A DNA stretch of 64,000 bases from Catajapyx aquilonaris (taxonomy: Eukaryota): the NCBI GenBank assembly GCA_000934665.2, contig KZ538035.1, forward strand, positions 1-64,000, given 5' to 3'. The notes beneath the pieces were generated by a model. The model saw only the letters and a program-made list of their open reading frames with translations. It did no database searches and had not been told where the DNA came from. Both the position numbers and the translations under genes were made by a program. Shown here piece by piece: positions 1 through 10,529 of the stretch; position 1 is the stretch's first letter, and each line of letters starts with the position of its first letter.

Positions 1-312
1 CTTCCAGTGCCTACATATGCAAGGGAATGAGCAGTTTTGCATTTAATATTGCCTGAGATCTGAGAAGATTTCGGTGTAATTATCCACGCTCTTTTTTTCC
101 CCGTGCGAAGAACGGGTACCGCTGCTAGTATTATATAAAATGAACTGGCGTGAGATGAGGAACATTTTGGTGGCAACGGTTAGCCTAGAATTTCTAGATT
201 GTAAAATAAAAGTGCTAAAAATAGCATTATTGTGCAAAACGGACACATTTCATATGGTCCAATGTAATTGTTAAACACATGCTAAGCGCATGGAATTAAT
301 ATGGTAGGTACA

Positions 313-591
313 GTACTATCGGATTCAAATACTTTTGGCCACTTTATCCTGGTCTTTAAGTAACGCTTCACACACACACACACCTCCTTAACGTGGGGTC
401 TGTGTGAAGGTTGTGTGAAGGGTTGCTTCAAGACCAGGATAAAGTGGCCAAAAGTATTTGAACCAGGGATGGAAAAAGAACCGCTTCTTTGGGCGGTAAG
501 CGGTTCTTTTTCTATCCCTGCACATGGAAAAAAGAAGCGCTTCTTGGAAGGAAGCGGTACTTTTTCCATCCCTGATTTGAACCCGATAATA
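313..591. mobile_element. MITE inserted in the left arm of the 130-1110 element
   Basis: TIR TACTATCGGATTCAAATACTTTTGGCCACTTTATCCTGGTCT pairs with AGACCAGGATAAAGTGGCCAAAAGTATTTGAAC[insert]CCGATAATA. GTACA occurs on both flanks (308-312, 592-596). Confidence 0.75.
464..574. mobile_element. 111-bp hAT-type MITE (innermost element)
   Basis: 24-bp TIRs CAGGGATGGAAAAAG(A/T)ACCGCTTC with one mismatch. Exact 8-bp target-site duplication ATTTGAAC at 456-463 and 575-582. An 8-bp TSD with CAG termini is typical of hAT. Confidence 0.85.
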
Positions 592-1178
592 GTACATTGT
601 CATCTGATCATTACTACCGTAGAAAGACCACATCAAGGTCAAGCTGATTTGGAGAAATTAAATTCTGAAATGTCCGGAAAAGCCCCCTATAGGCTACTCC
701 ACATTATTGGATGTTGCGAGTGAACCGTTCATGGTAAGTGAACAGTTCTTATACCGCTATGTTATGCATGAAAAGACGCTTCTGGTAACTTAAAAATTGA
801 TCGAGCCTCATATTGAGAAAAATGACCCATAGTTGACCAGATTAGTGGAAAACGGACATTTCAGAATTTTTATCTCCAAGACTGCTTGACCTGTGATGTT
901 GTCCTTCGACAGTAGTAATGGACAGATGACAATGTACCTACCATATTAATTCCTCACGCTTAAAATGTGTTTAACAATGACACTGGACCATATGAAATAT
1001 GTCCGTTTTGCACAGTAATGCGAATTTTTTAGCATTTTAATTTTACAATCTAGCTTAAACCCGTTGCCACCAAAACGTTCCTCATCTCATTCCAGTTCAT
1101 TCGATATAATTTATATGAACACTGAACTAACTAGTGAAGCTTGTGATACGTTCTTGGCCAAAATTTAGTTCGCATTAA

Positions 1179-1359
1179 AGGCCCATTCACACAGGCCGTC
1201 GACGGTTTTGGTTTTGGTTTTAGTTTTGGTTTTGGACCAATCAGAGCGGGTCCTCACGGTAGCCATGACGCGTTGTTTACGTGAGGGCCCGCTCTGATTG
1301 GTCCAAAACCAAAACTAAAACCAAAACCAAAACCGTCGACGGCCTGTGTGAATGGGCCT
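1179..1359. mobile_element. Palindromic MITE, PIF/Harbinger-like
   Basis: Near-perfect arms of about 80 bp, AGGCCCATTCACACAGGCCGTCGACGGTTTTGG... / ...CCAAAACCGTCGACGGCCTGTGTGAATGGGCCT, flanked by TAA and TTA. Superfamily assignment is inferred from the TWA flanks. Confidence 0.75.
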
Positions 1360-1368
1360 TTACACGTG

Positions 1369-1639
1369 GGTGCAATACTGCCCTAACCCTTTTTTCACAC
1401 GTGACCACCTTATTTTGTTCATTCCTGGAGTGGGTGGTGCGTCGTCATCATCATCATCATCATCATCAGCAGCATCATCATAATAGCACATAAATGCCCC
1501 TTATTAGTGCCTTGTATATAATCATTATTGGGGAGATATGAAAATTGTCATATGGAAAAGGGGATTTAAGGGTCATCTGAAACTTTCAAATTCAGTTTTC
1601 TGAAAATCAGGTTTGGGAGGGTTAGGGCGGTATTGCACC
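1369..1639. mobile_element. Possible short-TIR MITE
   Basis: 22-bp inverted repeat GGTGCAATACTGCCCTAACCCT (1369-1390) / AGGGTTAGGGCGGTATTGCACC (1618-1639), one mismatch. No clear TSD. Confidence 0.5.
1446..1481. repeat. (CAT)n microsatellite with CAG interruptions
   Basis: Read directly from the sequence. Confidence 0.9.
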
Positions 1640-1999
1640 GACTCCTTCAATTGAGAGGATTAGGTATTTAGGTTACTTGTTTTACTTATTATTCGGTAAT
1701 TTTTTATCTTATGTAAGTACAGTATACACTATGCAGTATAGGATCAAGATAGCATATTATTAATATTGCAAGAAAACCGTACGTGATAAGAAAAATGGAG
1801 AGCATATCTGAAATTAAGGCCCCGGGATAGGCTCAGTCACCTATAATCCCGTGCCAAAGAATCATGTTACAATTTTGCAGGGCGTGTAATTAGCGCCAAA
1901 GATTTCATGTTAAGCTTCATTGGGGAATTATTGCACATAATAACTATGGATAATAATAATTATTATTATTAAATATAGAAGCATACCATCCTTTGTGAA

Positions 2000-2200
2000 C
2001 GGCACAGTGGCGTCGTTGTATTTGCTGGGGTCTTTCCCCTCTCAGGTCCGGAGTTCGATGCCGGGATCCGACAGAGGACACTTCCTCAATGGAAAGAGTT
2101 TCGATAAGCTCTCTACGTACATGGCGTGGGTTTTCTAGGGGTTTCCCGTCTCCTACCAGCACTACCAGAATTTATCAAGATAGCAGTCAATAAATAAAGA
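2000..2200 (+). mobile_element. tRNA-derived SINE with V-domain-like core
   Basis: A-box-like TGGCGTCGTTG, B-box GGAGTTCGATGCC (2050-2062), GCGTGGGTTTTCTAGGGGTTTCCCGTCTCCTACC resembling the V-SINE core, and an AATAAATAAA tail. Confidence 0.6.
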
Positions 2201-2273
2201 GGATCAATGAACAGATGATCCCCTAAAAGCCTATATCACGAGGGTCTCCATTGCCAACTTATTACACCCTCCT

Positions 2274-2834
2274 TCACGGAATGTAGTCGGTTTTACCTCT
2301 TTCGAAATCTTCCATCCAGGTACGTTTCCTATTCCTACATTTCTTGCACCGACCGACCTGAACTTCAAAGAAGAAGACACAAAGAGACAGCATGCATCCA
2401 AAGAAGAGCAGGTAGAACACCCCTTCCAATGTGCCGACGGAAAAGGCATCGATCTTGGGCCCAGTCTGGAGACCGACAGCGCGTATGGCTCTGAGAGACT
2501 CCATGGTGACGTTTCTCTCCATCATGCCTTCCCATCTGTACTTCATCCCGCTGGACACGTAGTTGGACAGCCAGTAGGAGAAGCTGGCCGTGAAGATGCT
2601 GTCCCTGTTCAGAACTATGGCCAAGGTGATCATGGGTGACACTCCTCGAGTCAGCCGAAGTCGACTCTCACCCCTCTGGTCCAAGAGAGCTCTTGCACGA
2701 GGAGCGTTTGTGGACCAGCGGAACACGCAAATTATGTCCTCGTCCACGCAGCGTTCGTAGCAATCGTTCAAGTCGTCGGTCGCATTCATACGTTCGTAGT
2801 ACGGCTGATAGATCTCCTTGTCTTGTGCAAATAT
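2274..2834 (-). CDS. Ionotropic receptor exon 2 (S2 lobe, last TM, stop)
   Basis: Acceptor TTGCAG at 2840-2835, in frame with exon 1. Confidence 0.85.
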   Translation of the reverse strand: MFAQDKEIYQPYYERMNATDDLNDCYERCVDEDIICVFRWSTNAPRARALLDQRGESRLRLTRGVSPMITLAIVLNRDSIFTASFSYWLSNYVSSGMKYRWEGMMERNVTMESLRAIRAVGLQTGPKIDAFSVGTLEGVFYLLFFGCMLSLCVFFFEVQVGRCKKCRNRKRTWMEDFERGKTDYIP

Positions 2835-5071
2835 CTGCAAGATAGTTTTATTCTGTATTGTTTAAATGTTACCTCTCATGAATATTTTTGCTACTGTGAG
2901 TCTGGACATCCCTGTTATTTTAAATACGTGCGACACTGAGGGCGGCCAGGGGGATGCACCAGGGAAGCGCTAGAATAATATTGTCTGGCAGCTTTATCGA
3001 GAAATATCGAAGTATGGAGGAAGGGGTAAAATGGATTGACATGTGATGACGTTGCACAAGTAGGCCTATGCATCCAGAAAAACATAATTACGAAAGCCTT
3101 GAGTCATGGTGGTAAAATGATTTTGGCTATTATGCACTCTCAGACAAGAGTAAGTCCCCAAAGTCAAATTCTGGCCTAGTCGCCTTACCTGGTGGGTTCT
3201 TTTTCCAATTTTCTATACCGACGTGTCCGGGTAGAATTTCAATCCTTCTTCTGCCCAGGGCGAGAAAAAAAAACTTCTGGCATTTCGGTTGGTCCGAAAC
3301 GTACTTACTATAGGCTACTGTATTTTTTTAAACAGTATACTCGACAGTTCCGTACGTCAGTAGGCCTGATAAGGGGCAGATGGATGGATATGTCTCACAT
3401 AACACGGGTGAAATCACTACGAGGAGGATTATAATGATGATTATGAAAAGTAATTACTAATAATAGAAATAGTCTTATTACCTCCATAAGTGATTTGACC
3501 AGCCTTTCAGTCATGACTGGAAAATTGCTGGCTAGTAATTCCTTGAGGGTCTGTGGCAGGATCTCAGAAGGAGGCGAAGTGAGGAGATCGTATAGCGCTG
3601 TCTTGTAAGCAGTGCCCAGGACGATGGATATGAAGAGCCAGACGCAGATGAACACTCGGGGAGGAAACTGAGGAGGTACGTATGTCGGAAACTGCTCCAA
3701 AAGAGACTCTGAAATATACCCGAATGAATAGAAAAATGACGAAAGACAGGTGTGGTGACGCGAGTCCTGGTCCAAGTCATTTGATGAGGACACAACAAAT
3801 AAGGTCAGAACGGAAGCGCAAAAGGTACTCAGAATAGCTATCAATCCCCACACCACTGGCTGAAATGGTCGCACGAATACGTCTGGAGTCAATATCTTCC
3901 GAGGAACTCGAGTCACCATCCCGGCGAACTCAATCCCAATTGGTGTTGTGTGATCAGTCACGATGAAGGTGGCCAACTCCATTATGCCTTCTGGCATGAA
4001 GGGATTCCTGCGAAATACGACGTCCAAGTTCATTTCGAACATCACAACGTTCTCGGGACATGGGTCGGGACAACCAGGTCTTACAAACTGGTCCAGTTCC
4101 CATCGGAACTGGAGGGCCTCACCTATGAAGCAGAAATGTCGAATACGCCACATGTCCAACGCGTTTGTGACACACTGCCCAGAGGAGAAAGGAACGGGAA
4201 ACACCGAACGCAGCAGGGCTCCTTGCATGTTGAATGTCGTGTCAGGCCACATGATTTTCTCATCTTCTGGAGAGAAGCCACTGCCTTTGAAGTCGTCGTC
4301 TTGGGTTAACAATCTGGTACTCTCTTCACCATGATTGATACCGTAGATATAGTACGGGAGGCTGAATATTCCAGGCTCGCCCCCGAAGCAGAACCAGCAG
4401 ACAGACTTGATAGACACATACCATTGCGAGGAATCAGGTGATGTTGGGTTGTCATGGCCTTTTCGCATCTGTCGGGGAAAGAGGCCCAGCTTGAACTTGT
4501 ACTGGTTGGCCGGAGGAGCAAACATGTATGACTGTGGCTCCGGTGCATCTCGTACCCAAAGCACAAACCGGTTCAGCGCCTTTCTGACAACCACGCTGCT
4601 CTCAATTCCGTTCATAAACTCTTCCAATTTGACTAGGTTGTGAGTGCAGCCCGTTATGAAGAAGAGGGTGCAGACTGGGAAAATATACTTCTCTCCAACT
4701 TTGGGCCTCTCTATACCGTCAGTCTGGTTGTGTAGGATTCCAGGTCCGGAGCAGGTCCACTTGGCACGGTCCTCCTCACCACTGACGTGGACCACCGCCG
4801 GCCGAAGCTGGGATGCAGCCCCCATTAATATCTGCACCAGAGGCCTAGGGAAGTAAGGCTCCGAGTCCAATGTGATCACCAAAGGACACTCTGGTAGCAA
4901 CGTGCGGCGCATGATATTCACCGTGGCCTCGCCCACCGCGTCTCCAGCTGTGTCCCACATAATGCTCTCTTCTGATGTTCCACTCATTGTCTTCCACACG
5001 TCGACCACAGCATTATTGCATCGCCTTACAAGCAGGATCAAAAGATATGCACTTTTAGGCAATAACAACAT
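2274..5071 (-). CDS. Divergent ionotropic receptor (variant iGluR family chemoreceptor), 2 coding exons, about 716 aa
   Basis: Join of 5071-3482 and 2834-2274 via a phase-0 GT-AG intron (ATGGAG|GTAATA ... TTGCAG|ATATTT). Motifs: PFQPVVW before M1; RVFICVWLFISIVLGTAYKTALYDLLTSP..PQTLKELL (gate helix analogous to SYTANL); SSGMKYRW; last TM LEGVFYLLFFGCMLSLCVFFFE. Start chosen at the signal-peptide-like MLLLPKSAYLLILL; an upstream in-frame ATG exists at 5170. Confidence 0.88.
3482..5071 (-). CDS. Ionotropic receptor exon 1 (N-terminus, S1, TM/pore region)
   Basis: Part of the 591-codon ORF 3395-5170. Donor GTAATA begins at 3481. Confidence 0.88.
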
Positions 5072-8000
5072 TGCTATTACTTGTTTACCTAAGGAGCTTA
5101 ATTTCTGGCGATACGTGTCAAAAGCAGCCTGACACTGACTTACTACATCAAGGGAAGTGAAATATGTCATTAATAATCGGTTTTGTTCCTGGTTTTGTTA
5201 TGAAAGTATTGTATGCTCCAGTTCTTCAGCATGTGGTGCATTAATGTTATTTTACTGGAAAAGCAGCCGACCATAACTCGATTGTGAGTCTCAGAAGCTG
5301 TCTTTATGTGGAATTCTTATTAACAATTCAGGAGAGTGCACTGAGGCTCTTCATAATGCGACGTTGGTTGCGTGCCTACGTACCGTATATTTACACTTTG
5401 GTTAATGTACTGAATCTATGACGCTGGTGAATATTTCTCATTCATCTTCATTCCACCTCGATTTTTACAACTGCCTCCAATTTAACCTTCTTAGAAATGG
5501 AAAATGAAAGGGAAAATGCCAACTAAATGTCAATGAAGGTAAGTAACGATGTCATTTTCATATCGTTTCCAGTAATTAAAGGACAAGTCACTACATAGGA
5601 GTGAATAGCATTGCCTTTATTGACAAGAAATATGTGGGAGGCGAGTAAAAAAAGTGTGGTCGGGAGTCGTACCGTATGAAAGGGACAGTATAGCCTCTTG
5701 TTTTTATTATATACAGTAAAAAGCACAAGCGTAGCAAAAGAATAGATGTCTTTAGAGATACACTCGGAAAATATTGCTGTACCCGAAGAGTCAGGAAAAA
5801 CGTGGACATGTACATTATGTGATAATATGTACAGCACAATACGGTACACAAAGTAATGAGAAGGGCTCCTCGAGCCCTTCTTGTCGTGCATTACGACAAT
5901 AATGATATTGTCACAAAAAAGTCACACGCGCACCTCATTCACTCTCAGGGCCATTTTCATCTACTATTGATTATGACGAAGTATATACGGTTTAGAAATA
6001 GAGAGAAAATAATGTCTCGTAATTGAGTGGTTCTCTGAATAAATGATATGCCCCTTTTTGTTGATTTCCTCCCCTTCTGGAAACACCCATGACTTGTGAG
6101 CCATTGGACATCCCTGCCAATTCTGATCACCTGTCAATATTTTTTATCTATTTTTATGTCTTAGTTGTGTAAAGTTGCAATTGCGGATATATCAATACAA
6201 TTTATTCCGATTACTTAATGTCCGCTAAATTATTGGTTGCTTTTCGACATAAACAACTAGGAAAATATGTAAGTTAAATTGATATAACTTACAGTGTTGC
6301 ATATTGGCATGATAAAGTGAACATGTTCAAATTGAAAATGTTTACAAAACTAATGTAATTATAAACATTTCGTTTTATGAGTCAAATTCAGAAGATCACA
6401 AGATGGCAATTGAAAATATAAATGCAAATTTTCTGGAATCCGGCAAAAATATTATCACGATTAATTTTGCGTGGTTTTTAGGTAGGAGCTACTTTACCGC
6501 TTTCTATAGGCTACCGTTCATGTATTTATATAACTGTGTGTATATAGCCATATATTAAAGGGCAGCTCAACACCGTCACTATAGTCTTCTGAGCCAATCT
6601 TGCCTTTGCACAACATCTCAAAAATTATAGTATGCTGAGAACCTGTGGAGCCTAGCTACAAGTACAATGCAGGGTACATTGAAGTTTACCTCAATCATAT
6701 TGCATCACCTTGTACATAGGAGGTATTATCTTAACGACTTAGGCAGATATAAATTATATGGTCCAATCATTTGCCATTGATTTCAAGATCGTTAAAATCC
6801 AAATGAACCCGGCTTGTATATTTAGTCCATTGACTTACACCTGTAGTTGTTATTTTTAAATCAGGATCACAATTATGTGCAAATGTTTGTTACTCCCGAG
6901 ATTACTGTGGTCCAGTACTTCCACATAAAAATTAAATTATTTCTTATATGGTTATACAATAATTCACCCCCCGATATTCTGTGCCTCATTTTTGAGGGAT
7001 AGAGCATAGCTCACAGATTTCATACTATGGAATGACTGAATAGTGGTAGAATACACTTCTTCATGCAGTTCTTGAACTTTATTACCTGAGTTGTGAATAA
7101 GAATTAGGCTATTAACCAACAGACAGTGACTTTGAATGTTGAAAACAAGTAGAGTGACTCTTGCTTGGCTTAAAACCAATACTCTGTAACCGTACGCGCT
7201 GGTAAAAAACTTAATTTCTATTACAATTCCTTAGATATTTTCTTCCGTTCATAATATTCTATTTAAAGAAGAATTCAGTTTAGTAAATCTCATGTTATGT
7301 TAGGAATGTGATCAGAGTGGATTCAGAGACAACTGTTCAAGCCTGGGAAACAGCTGTTACATAAGAAATAAGCTGTGTTTTCAAGTTAAGTGAATTACCA
7401 AGGCCCAACACAACACTCAAATTCAATACCCTTTTTGCGCCCCTGTTACATTCCCCAGAGTAGCAAAAAAGGTTGATATTTGTGCTTTGCATTAATAACA
7501 CAATGGAAAAATGCCCCGAAATTAAGTGCAGATGTCAAAGAAGGTACTATCAATCCTTTCGCTCAAAACCGAGGAATCCACATTCGATTGAAAAATCTTG
7601 GCTCTGCACCCAAAATGCAAGGGTGAAGGCGAAAGGTCCTTTGTTATCAGCAGCTGATGAACAAATCACGAGGTCGGCATACTGATCCAGATTTAAAATG
7701 GAAATTGTGTGCACCATAAAAAACTCCATAATGGAAATCGTGACCGACATGGCAGCGAGATGATGAAACGAAGAATAATTTGAGTACTACCATCAAGTCT
7801 TAACCCACTTTTCAAGGAGTCCCGGTGCAGTCATTTTCACTGATTTATCAAAGGTATCAACAAACATCGACTATCAACATAACATTGAACGGGTTTTCTA
7901 CAGTATAGCTTGAATCTGAAGGTAACAATTTGACAGAGATTCGACTAAACAACTGATGAGCACCTGTTTGAAAAATTCTGATGATGATAATAGCTTAGCC

Positions 8001-9646
8001 ACATTGATTTGGAACACTAAGAGTGGAATTGGAGCAAGAGTGGCCTTCGACAAACACATTCGTATCCAGTACTATTTTTAAGACACTAACAAGTTGAGTA
8101 AGAGTTGGAAAAGGCCTATAAGTACGTAACTATTCGTTTAATTTGAGAAAACCTCTCGTGGAGCGAATATTTATTGCGCTAACTGTTTTACTCATATCTT
8201 GCTTGTTGATTTATTGTCATGCCGGAGGCCTCCCTTTCTACTCTTACAATCCTCTTAGCCCCATTCTTTCTTGTACACTGTACCACGAGTGACTTGGGTG
8301 TCGAATGACGTGAAACACTGGGAGATCCCTCATGCACTTTGCATAAGAACAGGAGCACAAAAACAATATTGTGCTTCAATCTTTTGTACAATTTCACACC
8401 TTCACTGGGCAAGCAGTCACCATAATTCCTGTGTGTCTCTTGCCTCAGAAATAAACATGCATCGCACCACAGATGACGTGGGTTTCAAATTGTCGAGGAT
8501 AAATTTGTTATCACTAGAAAGAAATGAAAGGAAGATACTAATGGACTGATATCAGCGCTGGACATTAATTTTTTGATTAGGAGAGCATTGTTATTCGTCA
8601 AATTTGCGCCTCACTCCAGCTGAATAGCACTCGTGGATAATCACGGTGTGTAGGGCAGGGCGATGGCCTCTACGTGTTTTGCATGGTTACTTACTGTATT
8701 AATACGTGGTATTCATCTAAATGACGCATATATTCAAGCAAATGCAGGTTCACGAACATTGAGTTTGAACAAACTCGCATTCATACAAACGGACATGTGC
8801 AGCATTAATAAGTGACGATAACGGACAAGAGCTTAGCTGCAGGAGATAAGGAGCTTTTCCAAAGGAAACAGTGCTGTTCGACAGAAAGCTGCATCCCGAT
8901 CTTACAGTCATAAAAAGTGAACTGATCAAGATGCAAAGCCCGAACAGGTTCATCCTTTGGCAATAAGTTACTTTTTTATTTTTAAATATATAAGAAATCA
9001 TGATTTGTTCAATATCTCAAAAGTTTATACGGACAGAAAATAGTTGGCAAGTACTGCAGTTCACTTGCAGGTGAGTTTGGTGCTCTTCGAACTGACTCCA
9101 AAGATTACCACAGGCTCAAAAAGCCTCTAGGACATACACAGTACCGTTATAGAACCTGACCAGACTTCTGGACCTTGTGCTAGAAGGTCAGCAATGCCAA
9201 CCATATTCATAACATCAACATGTGCAGAAATGAAAAATAGTGACGAAGCTACAGTTTAGCTAACTGGCATTGTTTTTGGTCCCTGGGGAAAATTGGCTGG
9301 CGACGAGTAGTAGAGCATCATAAGATTATACCACGGCATTCGCTTGAGTCGTGATTAAAAATCCGCGTCTGAATGAGCTCTGCGATTTTATAAATCGACC
9401 GGCGAATTGTTGCCGCCTCGAGTCATAACAATACATAGTCAGCTGAACCTGTACTATGTGAATGGGCGGTGAAAAAACAGGCGAGCGAAATGATGTGAAT
9501 AAGCCTCTGAAGAGTGAAGGCGCGGGCTCAAGTGTAGGTTGCAAGTGAGTAACGAGTTGTACAATCAACAAGTGTGGTTGAGTAGTATGAAAATATTATG
9601 AAGGCTGCTGTCTTGTACAGGAGGAGGCCTATAACGGATGCAGGAA

Positions 9647-10195
9647 TTAGAACCAGGTTCGAACCCCGACCGCTTGGTCCTTATCTGGGACTGACTGCCA
9701 CGAGACGGCTTCTGTGGGGGTAGCTGTTACACCAGCCGCTGCCACCACCGCCCCTGAGGCCCCGGGCTGCTGTTGTTGTTGTTGCTGCTGCCTTGGCCCG
9801 GGGCTGGTGTTGGCGCTTCCCCCTGGGGATACGTGGCTCAAGGGGAAGATGGCCGAGCTGTAGCTGCAGCAGGCCAGTCCCAGAACGCCGCCCATCGAGG
9901 GCACACCAGCACCACCGGCACTTTTCTTCTCTTCTCCCAACTCCTCCACATCTTCTTCCACATCGTCCTCTCCTCTTCCCACTACGTCCGCGCTCCCTGG
10001 AGGCTTTGGAAGCTGTCTCCGGATGGTCCTTCCTGGCGAAGGTGCCTCTTCAGACCTCTCCGGAACAGGCTGCAGTGACAAAGAGAGGTCAGTTGGCCGT
10101 ACCTCTCCGTATAAAACATTTAGTACCTTGGGTGGTAACATGAGAAGTGCTGGTGGAACGTGGTGCGCCCTGTTAGGGCGACGGTTCTCCTCGGA
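9647..10195 (-). CDS. Putative C-terminal extension (182 aa) of the MATH-like gene beyond its TAG stop
   Basis: Same frame as exon 7 with no stop from 10195 to the TAA at 9649-9647. GC-rich and coding-like. Encodes RRQLPKPP, an acidic tract, poly-Q and ...VRTWF*. Confidence 0.5.
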   Translation of the reverse strand, partial: SEENRRPNRAHHVPPALLMLPPKVLNVLYGEVRPTDLSLSLQPVPERSEEAPSPGRTIRRQLPKPPGSADVVGRGEDDVEEDVEELGEEKKSAGGAGVPSMGGVLGLACCSYSSAIFPLSHVSPGGSANTSPGPRQQQQQQQQPGASGAVVAAAGVTATPTEAVSWQSVPDKDQAVGVRTWF

Positions 10196-10529
10196 CTATG
10201 CGTACTCCGTGTCGGTGGAGGCGCTCCTGTCTCCCAACGCATAGGGGCGGTGGTCTGCGTAATACGGCCGCTGCTGGTCGTGGTGGTGCGACGCCTGGTG
10301 GTGGTGGTGATGGTGGTGCGACCCCTGCCGGTGGTGCTGCACGTCGTCCACGTCTTCATCTTCCTCTTCGTCCCCCTCCCCTCTCAGCACGTAGCCATCC
10401 GGAGTACCAGTGCGATCCTCCGGATACCCGCCCGATCCCCTTCCGTGCGAGTAGGACATGCTCTTCTGGTAGCTGAACAGCTCCCTCTCTAGGCTGTAGT
10501 TCTCAGCTTGCAGGGCTTGGATCTCACGT
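10196..10529 (-). CDS. MATH-like gene coding exon 7 (coiled coil, acidic and His-rich tail, TAG stop)
   Basis: Acceptor TTTTAG|ACGTGAG, phase 2. Ends ...STDTEYA TAG. Confidence 0.85.

Larger units (their letters stand above)
130..1110. mobile_element. Long-TIR MITE/foldback element (outer element of a nested cluster)
   Basis: 130-312 plus 592-676 is the diverged reverse complement of about 853-1110 (e.g. GGAATTAATATGGTAGGTACA..TTGTCATCTG vs CAGATGACAATGTACCTACCATATTAATTCC). The left arm is interrupted by an insertion. No transposase ORF. Confidence 0.8.

Noticed and set aside
3532..5132. Overlapping short ORFs within the receptor exon
   Set aside because: Antisense or off-frame shadows of the IR coding exon.
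7300..8500. Possible decayed DNA-transposon ORF (CQRRYYQSF..., EYYH)
   Set aside because: Many stops, no identifiable catalytic motif and no TIRs.
9773..10492. Several plus-strand and alternate-frame ORFs (101-116 aa) over the 3' end of the MATH-like gene
   Set aside because: They are shadow ORFs of GC-rich, low-complexity coding sequence on the minus strand.
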